Of a stretch of DNA of 64,000 bases, positions 12,314-27,129 are shown piece by piece. The translations under genes and the position numbers were made by a program. Positions within the stretch are counted from its first letter, which is position 1. Each line of letters begins with the position of its first letter. The notes beneath the pieces are model-generated. The model was not told the origin of the DNA. It did no database searches and saw nothing but the letters and a program-made list of their open reading frames with translations. Source of the stretch: Chrysomallon squamiferum (lineage: Eukaryota; Animalia; Mollusca). The stretch spans positions 24,180,001 through 24,244,000 of the forward strand of contig CM022673.1 in assembly GCA_012295275.1 (NCBI GenBank). The letters run 5' to 3'.

Positions 12314-13832
12314 TTGTTTCTTTTCTTCTTTTTTTCTTTTTTTTAATGGTCTGGAGAAAAATAAATGACATTATTTATAACATTAATAATACAATACACC
12401 AAAAAATAAATTAATATAACTGTGCAGAATCCCAGTCAATCGCAAATAGTTTAATATTACAACATTATAATATTATTAGTTTTATAAATAAAATATAACA
12501 TGAAAAGATAAAATCGGAAACATCCAAGTCCAAAATATTAAAAATTGAGGAAAGAGACACCATTCTAGGTTTATAGAAAATAGAAAGTTTTAAAGTCGTA
12601 ATTCTTTTCAGTCTCTCTCTAATGTATAATACTACATAATACTAACAACAACAACAACAATAACAACAATAACAATACTACTAATAATAAAATGAAAACA
12701 ACAGTAATAATAACAACAACAACAACAACAATAATAATAATAATGATTTAAAACAAATACATGCAAAAAAAACATATCACATCTGACAATTTTAAAATAA
12801 CGAGGTAAGAAAATGGATAATATAAACATTTATAAATGTTCTGTTGCTAAACTATGCAGATTAACAGTTTTACTTACTACTAACCTGAATACCGTGGATC
12901 TGTTATTACAGAGGTGGAGAATTCGATCGAATACTTTAACACTGTTAAAGCAAAACCAAACCAACGTTCACCAACCGAAGATAAAGAAAACTTATTATTT
13001 TCAGTTTTCGATAGCTCATCAAATGAATCTAAAATTGTAAAACGATTAACATTTCTAAGTAAAAAAATGATCTAATTTCTTTCTTAGGCACAGTCGCGAA
13101 TTAGGCCAGCTTATGTCATTTATATGTTCATCTGGGTTCCAAAGTTTCACACTTTGTTAACACATCTGAGTATTATAACGGTAATGGCCAATGGAAAATT
13201 TTCAGCACTCCAATAGGTTGACAGATTTTGGGCATCTGCACGTGCCTACACATGTACGCCATTAAATATATCCACAATTTAGTTTGATATACAGCTATCG
13301 AATCACAAGTGTAGATATGTATCAAGCCAGTCTAACATACCTTCAGTGACGATTTTTAGTTTTATTAATTTGTTTAATTTTTTAATTTTTTAATTTTTTT
13401 TCTTTTATACAAAGATTTTATTCCAAAAAATATAAACCATAAATTTATAATCCGACTGAAACGATATCCACTGAACGAATTCGTTTATGTCTACGGTTAC
13501 CGTTTGATGTCTACCAACATCGTCGCGATGAATGACAAAACTGACTTCAAAGCCATCAACATCAGACATCATACAGGTTTTTGTCTCATTTGAGAGTTCA
13601 GTTACAGCCATGTATATACATAATATACATATATACATATGTGTGTGTGTGTGTGTGTGTGTCTGTGTGTGTGTGTGTGTGTGTGTTCTTTTCTTTTGAG
13701 CTAGAAAAAAATATATACATTTGTCAAACACAGATAAATTGTTATTCCATCTTACCAATTTCTTTCTTTAATGTATTGAAGTAACAACTCATAGGTATCG
13801 AAAAAGATGAAAGAAAAAGTAAATCAAACATT

Positions 13833-13904
13833 TTCCCGAGCGGGGAATCGAACACCGGCCGTCGTGGTGAAAGCGCGAAATCCTAACCACTAGAGCATTT
13901 GGGA
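13833..13904 (-). pseudogene. Degenerate tRNA-Glu with anticodon TTC
   Basis: Minus strand loop CTTTCAC; additional mismatches in acceptor, D, anticodon and T stems. Confidence 0.8.
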
Positions 13905-14843
13905 AGTTAAAATGACTGCTCTGGATATTATTTAAGAACTGAAAAGCAAACAAGGTGAATACTTCGAACAGAAAAATAAATCACTACAATTATACTGTTA
14001 TAGACAGTAGACACAGTGTATATATTACACTCAAGTAACATCAAATAATTAAGAAAAAAACATATTTTTATTTCAATTTAACATTGATCAAAGGTCGACA
14101 AACTTCATATGTCTATCTACAGGAGGATTCCATTTTCTAGTTCATGGATAAACGCTTGTAAATGGATTAAAAATGTTTGGGGTTATCAATATATGATTGA
14201 CATTTCTAAAACTGACATCTGTACTGTATGAATAGTTTGTGACATTATTATTGTTGGGAAATTATTCATAATCACAATTTCGTATTGGTTTAGAAAGATA
14301 TGTTACATAAAATTTTAAAACTAACAATATTACGTGATGTTAATATTGCTAATAAATATCTTAAGAAGTTAATTTATTGGCACCATTTATATATTTTTGT
14401 GTATAAAACAGATAAATTATTGTTATTTATTATCAATTGCTTTCTTTAATATATTGAAATAAGAATTGAAATGTATCGAGAAAGAAAGTTAATTTACCTT
14501 GCATAAAATAAGTACGATACACATCGACAGTAGATAAAAATATTAACATGTTACTGTCGTGTAAAATAAGTGCATTGTAAACTCACTATTTTGCTGATAT
14601 TTGCTAATGACTTCATTGACTGTATGATTCAAATTCTAGGATATTTCCTCGAATTTCGAATAGAATGATTATATTTTGTTATTAGCTGTATTTTTCTTTC
14701 TTTTCTTGCTTCGAAATTCGATGTGAATTTAAAAATGAGAACAGAATTTACAGGTAATCAATGAAAAACATTATATTTATTAATTATATTAGCATTCTTC
14801 TATAGAACAATGCTGCAAGTTTTGAATTCGTACTTGTTTTCTT

Positions 14844-15427
14844 CTAGCAAATACGACCATTGCAGCACTTGTGGTATGTTGCATCATAACCTTGTTTTCC
14901 ACAACATGCAGGACGATATCCTGTTATGAAGACGACGTTTCCCCCGCAGCACATTTTTAATGACGCATCGTAACTTCGTGGTCCACAACAGGCAAAACGT
15001 ATTCCTCTTCTGTCCGCAACGTTTCCCCCGCAGCACATTTGGTGCGTTACGTCATAACCTTCGTGTACCACAACATCCAGAAGCTATTCCTGTCCTGGGG
15101 ACAACGTTTCCAGCGCAGCACATGCTGAACCTTGGACTGTAGGTCCTCTGACCGCATACAGCTGTATTTCAACATTAACATATATATATATATATTATCT
15201 ATCGATCCATGCATTTACCTGATTCCTATCTGTGTACACGTAACAATATTAAAACAATCATCTGTAAGGGGTTCAGAAATGCATGTAGGCTGTTTATTTG
15301 TGTAATCAAAGCTATACTTCATAGGAAAAAAGAAATAAATACCTGGTGAAGACGTCGATATTAGCCAAGACTGAATTCGTGTAACTAATACAGCGACAAC
15401 AAAAGCCAAAATAGAAATATTCTTCAT
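14844..15427 (-). pseudogene. Galaxin-like G3, +1 frameshift in exon 2 (exons 15427-15343, 15161-14844)
   Basis: Exon 2 is 318 nt; GTCATAACCTTCGTG at 15051-15065 versus GTCATAACTTCGTG in paralogs; could be a base-calling error. Confidence 0.75.
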
Positions 15428-16771
15428 TTGTTTCTTTTCTTCTTTTTTTCTTTTTTTAATGGTCTGGAGAAAAATAAATGACATTATTTATAACATTAAT
15501 AATACAATACACCAAAAAATAAATTAATATAACTGTGCAGAATCCCAGTCAATCGCAAATATTTAAAATTGTAATAGTTTAATATTACAACACTATAATA
15601 TTATTAGTTTTATAAATAAAATATAACATGAAAAGATAAAATCGGAAACATCCAAGTTCAAAATATTAAAAATTGAAGAAAGAGACACCATTGTAGGTTT
15701 ATAGAAAATAGAAAGTTTTAAAGTCGTAATTCTTTTCAGTCTCTCTCTAATGTATAATCCTACATAATTCTAACAACAACAACAACAATAACAACAATAA
15801 CAATATTAATAATAATAAAATAAAAACAACAGTAATAACAACAACAATAACAACAACAACAACAACAATAATAATAATGATTTAAGACACATACATGCAA
15901 AAAACATATCACATCTGACAATTTTAGAATAACGATGTAAGAAAATGGATAATATAAACATTTATAAATGTTCTGTTGCTAAACTATGCAGATTAGGCAG
16001 TTTTACTTACTACTAACCTGAATACCGTGGATCTGTTATTACAGAGGTGGAGAATTCGATCGAATACTTTAACACTGTTAAAGCAAAACCAAACCAACGT
16101 TCACCAACCGAAGATAAAGAAAACTTATTATTTTCAGTTTTCGATAGCTCATCAAATGAATCTAAAATTGTAAAACGATTAACATTTCTAAGTAAAAAAA
16201 TGATCTAATTTCTTTGTTAGGCACAGTCGCGAATTAGGCCAGCTTATGTCATTTATATGTTCATCTGGGTTCCAAAGTTTCACACTTTGTTAACACATCT
16301 GAGTATTATAACGGTAATGGCCAACGGAAAATTTTCAGCACTCCAATAGGTGGACAGATTTTGCGCATCTGCACGTGCCTACACATGTACGCCATTATAT
16401 ATATCCACAATTTAGTTTGATATACAGCTATCGAATCACAAGTGTAGATATGTATCAAGCCAGTCTAATATACCTTCACTGACGATTTTTAGTTCTATAA
16501 ATTTGTTTAAGATTTTAATTTTTTATAATTTTTTTTTTTTTATACAAAGATTTTATTCTAAAAAACATAAACTATAAATTTATAATCCGATTGAAACGAT
16601 ATTCACTGAATTAATTCGTTTATGTGTACGCTTACCGTTTGATGTCTACCAACTCCGTCGCGATGAATGACAAAACTGACTTCAAAACCATCAACATCAG
16701 ACATCAAACAGGTTTTTGTCTCATTTCAGAGTTCAGTTACAGCCATGTATATACATAATATACATATATAC

Positions 16772-16820
<49 letters not shown>

Positions 16821-16965
16821 GTTTTCTTTTGAGGTAGAAAAAAATATATACACATGTCAAACACAGATAAATTGTTATTCCATCTTACCAATTTCTTTCT
16901 TTAATGTACTGAAGTAACAACTCATAGGTATCAAAAAAGATGAAAGAAAAAGTAAAACAGACGTT

Positions 16966-17019
16966 TTTCCAAGGGGGTAATCGAACCCCAGCCGTCGTGG
17001 TGAGAGCGCGAAATCCTAA
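16966..17019 (-). pseudogene. Degenerate, 5'-truncated tRNA-Glu
   Basis: TTCCAAGGGGGTAATCGAACCCCAGCCGTCGTGGTGAGAGCGCGAAATCCTAA; 5' ~18 nt absent. Confidence 0.8.
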
Positions 17020-17945
17020 TCAATTATATTATTTAAGAACTGAAAAGCAAACAAGGTGAGTACTTCGAACAGAAAAATAAATCCCTACAATTATACTGTT
17101 ATAGACAGTAGACACAGTGTATATATTACACTCAAGTAACATCAAATAATTAAGAAAAAAACATATTTTTATTTCACTTTAACATTGATCAAAGGTCGAC
17201 AAACTTGATATGTCTATCTACAGGAGGATTCCATTTTCTAGGGCATGGATAAACGCTTGTAAATGGATTAAAAATGTTTGGGGTTATCAATATATGGTTG
17301 ACATTTCTAAAACTGACATCTGTACTGTATGAATAGTTTGTGACATTATTATTGTTGGGAAATTATTCATAATCACAATTTCGTATTGTTTTAGAAAGAT
17401 ATGTTACATAAAATTTTAAAACTAACAATATTATGTGATGTTAATATTGCTAATAAATATCTTAAGAAGTTAATTTATTGGCACCATTTATATATTTTTG
17501 TGTATAAAACAGATAAATTATTGTTATTTATTATCAATTCCTTTCTTTAATAGATTGAAATAAGAATTGAAATGTATCGAGAAAGAAGAAGTAATTTACC
17601 TTGCATAAAATAAGTACGATACACATCGACAGTAGATAAAAATATTAACATGTTACTGTCGTGTAAAATAAGTGCATTGTAAACTCACTATTTTGCTGAT
17701 ATTTGCTAATGACTTCATTGACTGTATGATTCAAATTCTAGGATATTTCCTCGAATTTCGAATAGAATGATTATATTTTGTTATTAGCTGTATTTTTCTT
17801 TCTTTTCTTGCTTCGAAATTCGATGTGAATTTAAAAATGAGAACAGAATTTACAGGTAATCAATGAAAAACATTATATTTATTAATTATATTAGCATTCT
17901 TCTATAGAACAATGCTGCAAGTTTTGAATTCGTACTTGTTTTCTT

Positions 17946-18529
17946 CTAGCAAATACGACCATTGCAGCACTTGTGGTATGTTGCATCATAACCTTGTTTT
18001 CCACAACATGCAGGACGATATCCTGTTATGAAGACGACGTTTCCCCCGCAGCACATTTTTAATGACGCATCGTAACTTCGTGGTCCACAACAGGCAAAAC
18101 GTATTCCTCTTCTGTCCGCAACGTTTCCCCCGCAGCACATTTGGTGCGTTACGTCATAACTTCGTGTACCACAACATCCAGAAGCTATTCCTGTCCTGGG
18201 GACAACGTTTCCAGCGCAGCACATGCTGAACCTTGGACTGTAGGTCCTCTGACCGCATACAGCTGTATTTCAACATTAACATATATATATATATATATAT
18301 CTATCGATCCATGCATTTACCTGATTCCTATCTGTGTACACGTAACAATATTAAAACAATCATCTGTAAGGGGTTCAGAAATGCATGTAGGCTGTTTATT
18401 TGTGTAATCAAAGCTATACTTCATAAGAAAAAAGAAATAAATACCTGGTGAAGACGTCGATATTAGCCAAGACTGAATTCGTGTAACTAATACAGCGACA
18501 ACAAAAGCCAAAATAGAAATATTCTTCAT
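17946..18529 (-). CDS. Galaxin-like protein G4, 133 aa; exons 18529-18445 and 18262-17946
   Basis: 85+317 nt, GT-AG intron, open frame. Confidence 0.85.
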
Positions 18530-18938
18530 TTGTTTCTTTTCTTCTTTTTTTCTTTTTTTAATGGTCTGGAGAAAAATAAATGACATTATTTATAACATTA
18601 ATAATACAATACACCAAAAAATAAATTAATATAACTGTGCAGAATCCCAGTCAATCGCAAATATTTAAAATTGTAATAGTTTAATATTACAACACTATAA
18701 TATTATTAGTTTTATAAATAAAATATAACATGAAAAGATAAAATCGGAAACATCCAAGTTCAAAATATTAAAAATTGAAGAAAGAGACACCATTGTAGGT
18801 TTATAGAAAATAGAAAGTTTTAAAGTCGTAATTCTTTTCAGTCTCTCTCTAATGTATAATCCTACATAATTCTAACAACAACAACAACAATAACAACAAT
18901 AACAATATTAATAATAATAAAATAAAAACAACAGTAAT

Positions 18939-18971
<33 letters not shown>

Positions 18972-19876
18972 AATAATAATAATTTTAAGACACATACATG
19001 CAAAAAACATATCACATCTGACAATTTTAGAATAACGATGTAAGAAAATGGATAATATAAACATTTATAAATGTTCTGTTGCTAAACTATGCAGATTAGG
19101 CAGTTTTACTTACTACTAACCTGAATACCGTGGATCTGTTATTACAGAGGTGGAGAATTCGATCGAATACTTTAACACTGTTAAAGCAAAACCAAACCAA
19201 CGTTCACCAACCGAAGATAAAGAAAACTTATTATTTTCAGTTTTCGATAGCTCATCAAATGAATCTAAAATTGTAAAACGATTAACGTTTCTCAATAAAA
19301 AATGATCTAATTTCTTTGTTAGGCACAGTCGCGAATTAGGCCAGCTTATGTCATTTATATGTTCATCTGGGTTCCAAAGTTTCACACTTTGTTAACACAT
19401 CTGAGTATTATAACGGTAATGGCCAACGGAAAATTTTCAGCACTCCAATAGGTGGACAGATTTTGCGCATCTGCACGTGCCTACACATGTACGCCATTAA
19501 ATATATCCACAATTTAGTTTGATATACAGCTATCGAATCACAAGTGTAGATATGTATCAAGCCAGTCTAATATACCTTCAGTGACGATTTTTAGTTTTAT
19601 AAATTTGTTTAAGATTTTAATTTTTATAATTTTTTTTTTTTTATACAAAGATTTTATTCTAAAAAAATAAACTATAAATTTATAATCCGATTGAAACGAT
19701 ATTCACTGAATTAATTCGTTTATGTGTACGCTTACCGTTTGATGTCTACCAACATCGTCGCGATGAATGACGAAACTGACTTCAAAACCATCAACATCAG
19801 ACATCAAACAGGTTTTTGTCTCATTTCAGAGTTCAGTTACAGCCATGTATATACATAATATACATATATATATATA

Positions 19877-19924
<48 letters not shown>

Positions 19925-20067
19925 TTTTCTTTTGAGGTAGAAAAAATATATACACATGTCAAACACAGATAAATTGTTATTCCATCTTACCAATTTCTTT
20001 CTTTAATGTACTGAAGTAACAACTCATAGGTATCAAAAAAGATGAAAGAAAAAGTAAAACAGACATT

Positions 20068-20138
20068 TTTCCAAGGGGGTAATCGAACCCCAGCCGTCGT
20101 GGTGAGAGCGCGAAATCCTAACCACTAATTATTTGGGA
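20068..20138 (-). pseudogene. Degenerate tRNA-Glu
   Basis: Shares stem mutations with the 16966 copy; A box disrupted. Confidence 0.8.
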
Positions 20139-21065
20139 ATTAAAATGAACTGAAAAAGAACTGAAAAAAGCAAACAAGGTGAATTTCGAACAGAAAAATA
20201 AATCCCTACAATTATACTGTTATAGACAGTAGACACAGTGTATATATTACACTCAAGTAACATCAAATAATTAAGAAAAAACATATTTTTATTTCAATTT
20301 AACATTGATCAAAGGTCGACAAACTTGATATGTCTATCTACAGGAGGATTCCATTTTCTAGGGCATGGATAAACGCTTGTAAATGGATTAAAAATGTTTG
20401 GGGTTATCAATATATGGTTGACATTTCTAAAACTGACATCTGTACTGTATGAATAGTTTGTGACATTATTATTGTTGGGAAATTATTCATAATCACAATT
20501 TCGTATTGTTTTAGAAAGATATGTTACATAAAATTTTAAAACTAACAATATTATGTGATGTTAATATTGCTAATAAATATCTTAAGAAGTTAATTTATTG
20601 GCACCATTTATATATTTTTGTGTATAAAACAGATAAATTATTGTTATTTATTATCAATTGCTTTCTTTAATAGATTGAAATAAGAATTGAAATGTATCGA
20701 GAAAGAAGAAGTAATTTACCTTGCATAAAATAAGTACGATACACATCGACAGTAGATAAAAATATTAACATGTTACTGTCGTGTAAAATAAGTGCATTGT
20801 AAACTCACTATTTTGCTGATATTTGCTAATGACTTCATTGACTGTATGATTCAAATTCTAGGATATTTCCTCGAATTTCGAATAGAATGATTATATTTTG
20901 TTATTAGCTGTATTTTTCTTTCTTTTCTTGCTTCGAAATTCGATGTGAATTTAAAAATGAGAACAGAATTTACAGGTAATCAATGAAAAACATTATATTT
21001 ATTAATTATATTAGCATTCTTCTATAGAACAATGCTGCAAGTTTTGAATTCGTACTTGTTTTCTT

Positions 21066-21654
21066 CTAGCAAATACGACCATTGCAGCACTTGTGGTATG
21101 TTGCATCATAACCTTGTTTTCCACAACATGCAGGACGATATCCTGTTATGAAGACGACGTTTCCCCCGCAGCACATTTTTAATGACGCATCGTAACTTCG
21201 TTGTCCACAACAGGCAAAACGTATTCCTCTTCTGTCCGCAACGTTTCCCCCGCAGCACATTTGGTGCGTTACGTCATAACTTCGTGTACCACAACATCCA
21301 GAAGCTATTCCTGTCCTGGGGACAACGTTTCCAGCGCAGCACATGCTGAACCTTGGACTGTAGGTGCTCTGACCGCATACAGCTGAATTTCAACATTAAC
21401 ATATAAATATATATATATATTATCTATCGATCCATGCATTTACCTGATTCCTATCTGTGTACACGTAACAATATTAAAACAATCATCTGTAAGGGGTTCA
21501 GAAATGCATGTAGGCTGTTTATTTGTGTAATCAAAGCTATACTTCATAGGAAAAAAGAAATAAATACCTGGTGAAGACGTCGATATTAGCCAAGACTGAA
21601 TTCGTGTAACTAATACAGCGACAACAAAAAAGCCAAAATAGAAATATTCTTCAT
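21066..21654 (-). pseudogene. Galaxin-like G5, +2 frameshift in exon 1 homopolymer (exons 21654-21568, 21382-21066)
   Basis: Exon 1 is 87 nt: A6 at 21626-21631 versus A4 in paralogs; exon 2 intact; possible sequencing error. Confidence 0.75.
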
Positions 21655-22078
21655 TTGTTTCTTTTCTTTTTTTTTCTTTTTTAATGGTCTGGAGAAAAAT
21701 AAATGACATTATTTATAACATTAATAATACAATACACCAAAAAAATAAATTAATATAACTGTGCAGAATCCCAGTCAATCGCAAATATTTAAAATTGTAA
21801 TAGTTTAATATTACAACACTATAATATTATTAGTTTTATAAATAAAATATAACATGAAAAGATAAAATCGGAAACATCCAAGTTCAAAATATTAAAAATT
21901 GAAGAAAGAGACACCATTGTAGGTTTATAGAAAATAGAAAGTTTTAAAGTCGTAATTCTTTTCAGTCTCTCTCTAATGTATAATCCTACATAATTCTAAC
22001 AACAACAACAACAATAACAACAATAACAACAACAACAATAATAATAAAAAAAATAATAACAATAAAAACAACAACAAT

Positions 22079-22111
<33 letters not shown>

Positions 22112-23034
22112 AATAATAATAATGATTTAAGACACATACATGCAAAAAACATATCACATCTGACAATTTTAGAATAACGATGTAAGAAAATGGATAATAT
22201 AAACATTTATAAATGTTCTGTTGCTAAACTATGCAGATTAGGCAGTTTTACTTACTACTAACCTGAATACCGTGGATCTGTTATTACAGAGGTGGAGAAT
22301 TCGATCGAATACTTTAACACTGTTAAAGCAAAACCAAACCAACGTTCACCAACCGAAGATAAAGAAAACTTATTATTTTCAGTTTTCGATAGCTCATCAA
22401 ATGAATCTAAAATTGTAAAACGATTAACATTTCTAAGTAAAAAAATGATCTAATTTCTTTGTTAGGCACAGTCGCGAATTAGGCCAGCTTATGACATTTA
22501 TATGTTCATCTGGGTTCCAAAGTTTCACACTTTGTTAACACATCTGAGTATTATAACGGTAATGGCCAATGGAAAATTTTCAGCACTCCAATAGGTGGAC
22601 AGATTTTGCGCATCTGCACGTGCCTACACATGTACGCCATTAAATATATCCACAATTTAGTTTGATATACAGCTATCGAATCACAAGTGTAGATATGTAT
22701 CAAGCCAGTCTAATATACCTTCACTGACGATTTTTAGTTCTATAAATTTGTTTAAGATTTTAATTTTTTATAATTTTTTTTATTTTATACAAAGATTTTA
22801 TTCTAAAAAACATAAACTATAAATTTATAATCCGATTGAAACGATATTCACTGAATTAATTCGTTTATGTGTACGCTTACCGTTTGATGTCTACCAACTC
22901 CGTCGCGATGAATGACAAAACTGACTTCAAAACCATCAACATCAGACATCAAACAGGTTTTTGTCTCATTTCAGAGTTCAGTTACAGCCATGTATATACA
23001 TAATATACATATATACATATGTGTGTGTGTGTGT

Positions 23035-23068
<34 letters not shown>

Positions 23069-23214
23069 TGTTTTCTTTTGAGGTAGAAAAAAATATATAC
23101 ACATGTCAAACACAGATAAATTGTTATTCCATCTTACCAATTTCTTTCTTTAATGTACTGAAGTAACAACTCATAGGTATCAAAAAAGATGAAAGAAAAA
23201 GTAAAACAGACGTT

Positions 23215-23283
23215 TTTCCAAGGGGGTAATCGAACCCCAGCCGTCGTGGTGAGAGCGCGAAATCCTAATCACTAGACCACTTG
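23215..23283 (-). pseudogene. Degenerate tRNA-Glu lacking the first nucleotides
   Basis: Plus strand ends CACTTGAAATTCG instead of CACTTGGGAAGTT; stem mismatches. Confidence 0.8.
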
Positions 23284-24222
23284 AAATTCGAACTGGATAT
23301 TATTTAAAACTGAAAAGGTGACAAGGTGAATACTTCGAACAGAAAAAAATAAATCCCTACAATTATACTGTTATAGACAGTAGACACAGTGTATATATTA
23401 CACTCAAGTAACATCAAATAATTAAGAAAAAAACATATTTTTATTTCACTTTAACATTGATCAAAGGTCGACAAACTTGATATGTCTATCTACAGGAGGA
23501 TTCCATTTTCTAGGGCATGGATAAACGCTTGTAAATGGATTAAAAATGTTTGGGGTTATCAATATATGGTTGACATTTCTAAAACTGACATCTGTACTGT
23601 ATGAATAGTTTGTGACATTATTATTGTTGGGAAATTATTCATAATCACAATTTCGTATTGTTTTAGAAAGATATGTTACATAAAATTTTAAAACTAACAA
23701 TATTATGTGATGTTAATATTGCTAATAAATATCTTAAGAAGTTAATTTATTGGCACCATTTATATATTTTTATGTATAAAACAGATAAATTATTGTTACT
23801 TATTATCAATTGCTTTCTTTAATAGATTGAAATAAGAATTGAAATGTATCGAGAAAGAAGAAGTAATTTACCTTGCATAAAATAAGTACGATACACATCG
23901 ACAGTAGATAAAAATATTAACATGTTCTTACTGTCGTGTAAAATAAGTGCATTGTAAACTCACTATTTTGCTGATATTTGCTAATGACTTCATTGAGTGT
24001 ATGATTCAAATTCAAATATATTTCCACGAACTTCGAATAGAATGATTATATTTTGTTATTAGCTGTGTTTATCTTTCTTTTCTTGCTTCAAAATTCGACT
24101 GTCAATTTAAAAATGAGAACACAATGTCACAGGCAATCAATGAAAAACATTATATTTATTAAATATATTAGCATTCTTCTATAGAACAATTCTGCAAGTT
24201 TTGAATTCGTACTTGTTTTCTT

Positions 24223-24816
24223 CTAGCAAATACGACCATTGCAGCACTTGTGGTATGTTGCATCATAACCTTGTTTTCCACAACATGCAGGACGATATCC
24301 TGTTATGAAGACGACGTTTCCCCCCGCAGCACATTTTTAATGACACATCGTAACTTCGTGGTCCACAACAGGCAAAACTTATTCCTGTTGTGTCCGCAAC
24401 GTTTCCTTCGCACCATATTTGGTGCGTTACGTCATAACCTCGTGTGCCACAACATCCAGAACGTATTCCTGTCCTGGGGACAACGTTTCCAGCGCAGCAC
24501 ATGCTGAACCTTGGACTGTAGGTCCTCTGACCGCATACAGCTGTATTTCAACATTAACATATATATATATATATATATATATATTATCCATTGATCCATG
24601 CATTTACCTGATTCCTATCTGTGTACACGTAACAATATTAAAACAATCATCTGTAATGGTTTCAGAAATGCGTGTAGGCTGTTTATTTGTGTAATCAAAG
24701 CTATACTTCATAAGAAAAAAGAAATAAATACCTGGTGAAGACGTCGATATTAGCCAAGACTGAATTCGTGTAACTAATACAGCGACAACAAAAGCCAAAA
24801 TAGAAATATTCTTCAT
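24223..24816 (-). pseudogene. Galaxin-like G6, +1 frameshift (C6 run at 24320-24325) and a Cys-to-Trp change (exons 24816-24732, 24540-24223)
   Basis: Exon 2 is 318 nt; QIWCEG replaces QMCCGG. Confidence 0.75.
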
Positions 24817-26107
24817 TTGTCACTTTTCTTCTTTTTTTCTTATTTTAATGGTCTGGAGAAAAATAAATGACATTATTTATAACATTAATAATACAATACA
24901 CAAAAAAATAAATTAATGGAACTGTGCAGAAGCCCAGTCAATCGGAAATATTTAAAATTGTAATAGTTTAATATTACAACACTATAATATTATTAGTTTT
25001 ATAAATAAAATATAACATTAAAAGATAAAATCGGAAACATCCAACTCCAAAATATTAAAAATTGAAGAAAGAGACGCCATTGTTGGCTAATAGAAAATAG
25101 AAAGTTTTAAAGTCGTAATTCTTTTCAGTCTCTCTCTAATCCTACGTAATACTAATACAACTAATAATAATAACAACAACAACAACAACAATAACAATAA
25201 AAATAATAATAAAATAAAAACAACAGCAATAATAACAACAACAACAACAACAACAACAATAATAATAATAATGATTTAAGACACATACATGCAAAAAACC
25301 TATCACATCTGACAATTTTAGAATAACGATGTAAGAAAATGGATAATATAAACATTTATAAATGTTCTGCTGCTAAAGTATGCAGATTAGACAGTTTTAC
25401 TTACTACTAACCTGAATACTGTGGATCTGTTATTACAGAGGTGGAGAATTCGATCGAATACTTTAATGCAGTTAAAGCAAAACCAAACCAACGTTCACCA
25501 ACCGAAGATAAAGAAAACTTATTATTTACAGTTTTCGATAGCTCATCAAATGAATCTAAAATTGTAAAACGATTAACATTTCTAAGTAAAAAAATGATCT
25601 AATTTCTTTCTTTGGCACAGTCGGGAATTAGGCCAGCTTATGTCATTTATATGTTCATCTGGGTTCCAAAGTTTCACACTTTGTTAACACATCTGAGTAT
25701 TATAACGGTAATGGCCAATAGAAAATGTACGCCATTAAATATATCCATAATTTAGTTTGATATACAGCTATCGAATCACAAGTGTAGATATGTATCTAGC
25801 CAGTCTAATATACCTTCAGTGACAACTTTTAGTTTTATAAATTTGTTTAAGATTTTAATTTTTTATAATTTTTTTCTTTTATACAAAGATTTTATTGAAA
25901 AAAATATAAACTATAAATTTATAATCCGACTGAAACGATATCCACTGAATGAATTCGTTTATGTGTACGGTTACCGTTTGATGTCTACCAACATCGTCGC
26001 GATGAATGACAAAACTGACTTCAAAACCATCAATATCAGACATACAGGTTTTTGCCTCATTTCAGAGTTCAGTTACAGCCATACGTATACATAATATACA
26101 TATATAC

Positions 26108-26199
<92 letters not shown>

Positions 26200-26352
26200 G
26201 TATATGTTCTTTTCTTTTCAGCTAGACAATATTTATACATTTGTCAAACGCAGATAAATTGTTATTCCATCTTATCAATTTCTTTCTTTAATATACTGAA
26301 GTAACGACTCAAAGGTATCGAAAAAGATGAAAGAGAAAGTAAAAGATACATT

Positions 26353-26424
26353 TTCCCAAGCGGGGAATCGAACCCCGGTCGTCGCGGTGAGAGCGCGAAA
26401 TCCTAACCACTAGAGCACTTGGGA
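26353..26424 (-). tRNA. tRNA-Glu(CTC), near intact (G10C in D stem/A box)
   Basis: Acceptor, anticodon and T stems fully paired; TGCTCTAG instead of TGGTCTAG. Confidence 0.75.
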
Positions 26425-27129
26425 AGTTACAAATACTGTTTTGGATACTGTTTAAGAACTGAAAAGCAAACACGATAAATAGTTCAAACAAAAATAAACC
26501 ACAGTAATTATATTGTTATAGACAGAGTCAAGTAAACATATTCTTATTTCACTTTAACCTTAATCACAGACCGACAAACTTGATGTGTCTACCTACAGGT
26601 GGATTCCATTTTCTAAGGCAGTGATAAACGCTTAGAACTGGATTAAAAGTTTTTTGGGTCGAAAATCAAAAAGCATGGATTATCGATATATGTTCGACAT
26701 GGTTAAAACTGAAAACTGTTGGTGTATAATTGTTCTATGTGAATAGTTTGCTGTATTATTATTGTTGGGAAATTACTGATGATCACAATTTCATATTGTT
26801 TTAAAAAGATATGTTACATAAAATTTTAAAACTAACTATATCATATGATGTTAATATTGTTAATAAATAGATAAATTTAAATATATTACTAAATTAATTT
26901 ACTGACACTAAATTTTAGAAGACTGGCACCATTTTTATATTATGTATTGATTAATGTAAAAAAATATATTATGTGACATTAGAAACATAAATGTTCTTTT
27001 CCTTAGAAGTAGAACAAAATATATTCATTTCTCAAACACAGATCATTTATTCTTACATCTTATCAATTTCTTTCTTTAATATATTGAAGTAACAATTCAA
27101 AAGTATCGAATAAGAAGAATTTTGTTTTT

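Larger units (their letters stand above)
7573..26424 (-). repeat. Tandem array of six ~3.1-kb units, each a tRNA-Glu (pseudo)gene plus a galaxin-like gene
   Basis: Stop codons of successive genes at 8585, 11738, 14844, 17946, 21066, 24223 (spacing 3102-3157); flanks, (AAC/AAT)n and (GT)n tracts are collinear. Confidence 0.95.
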
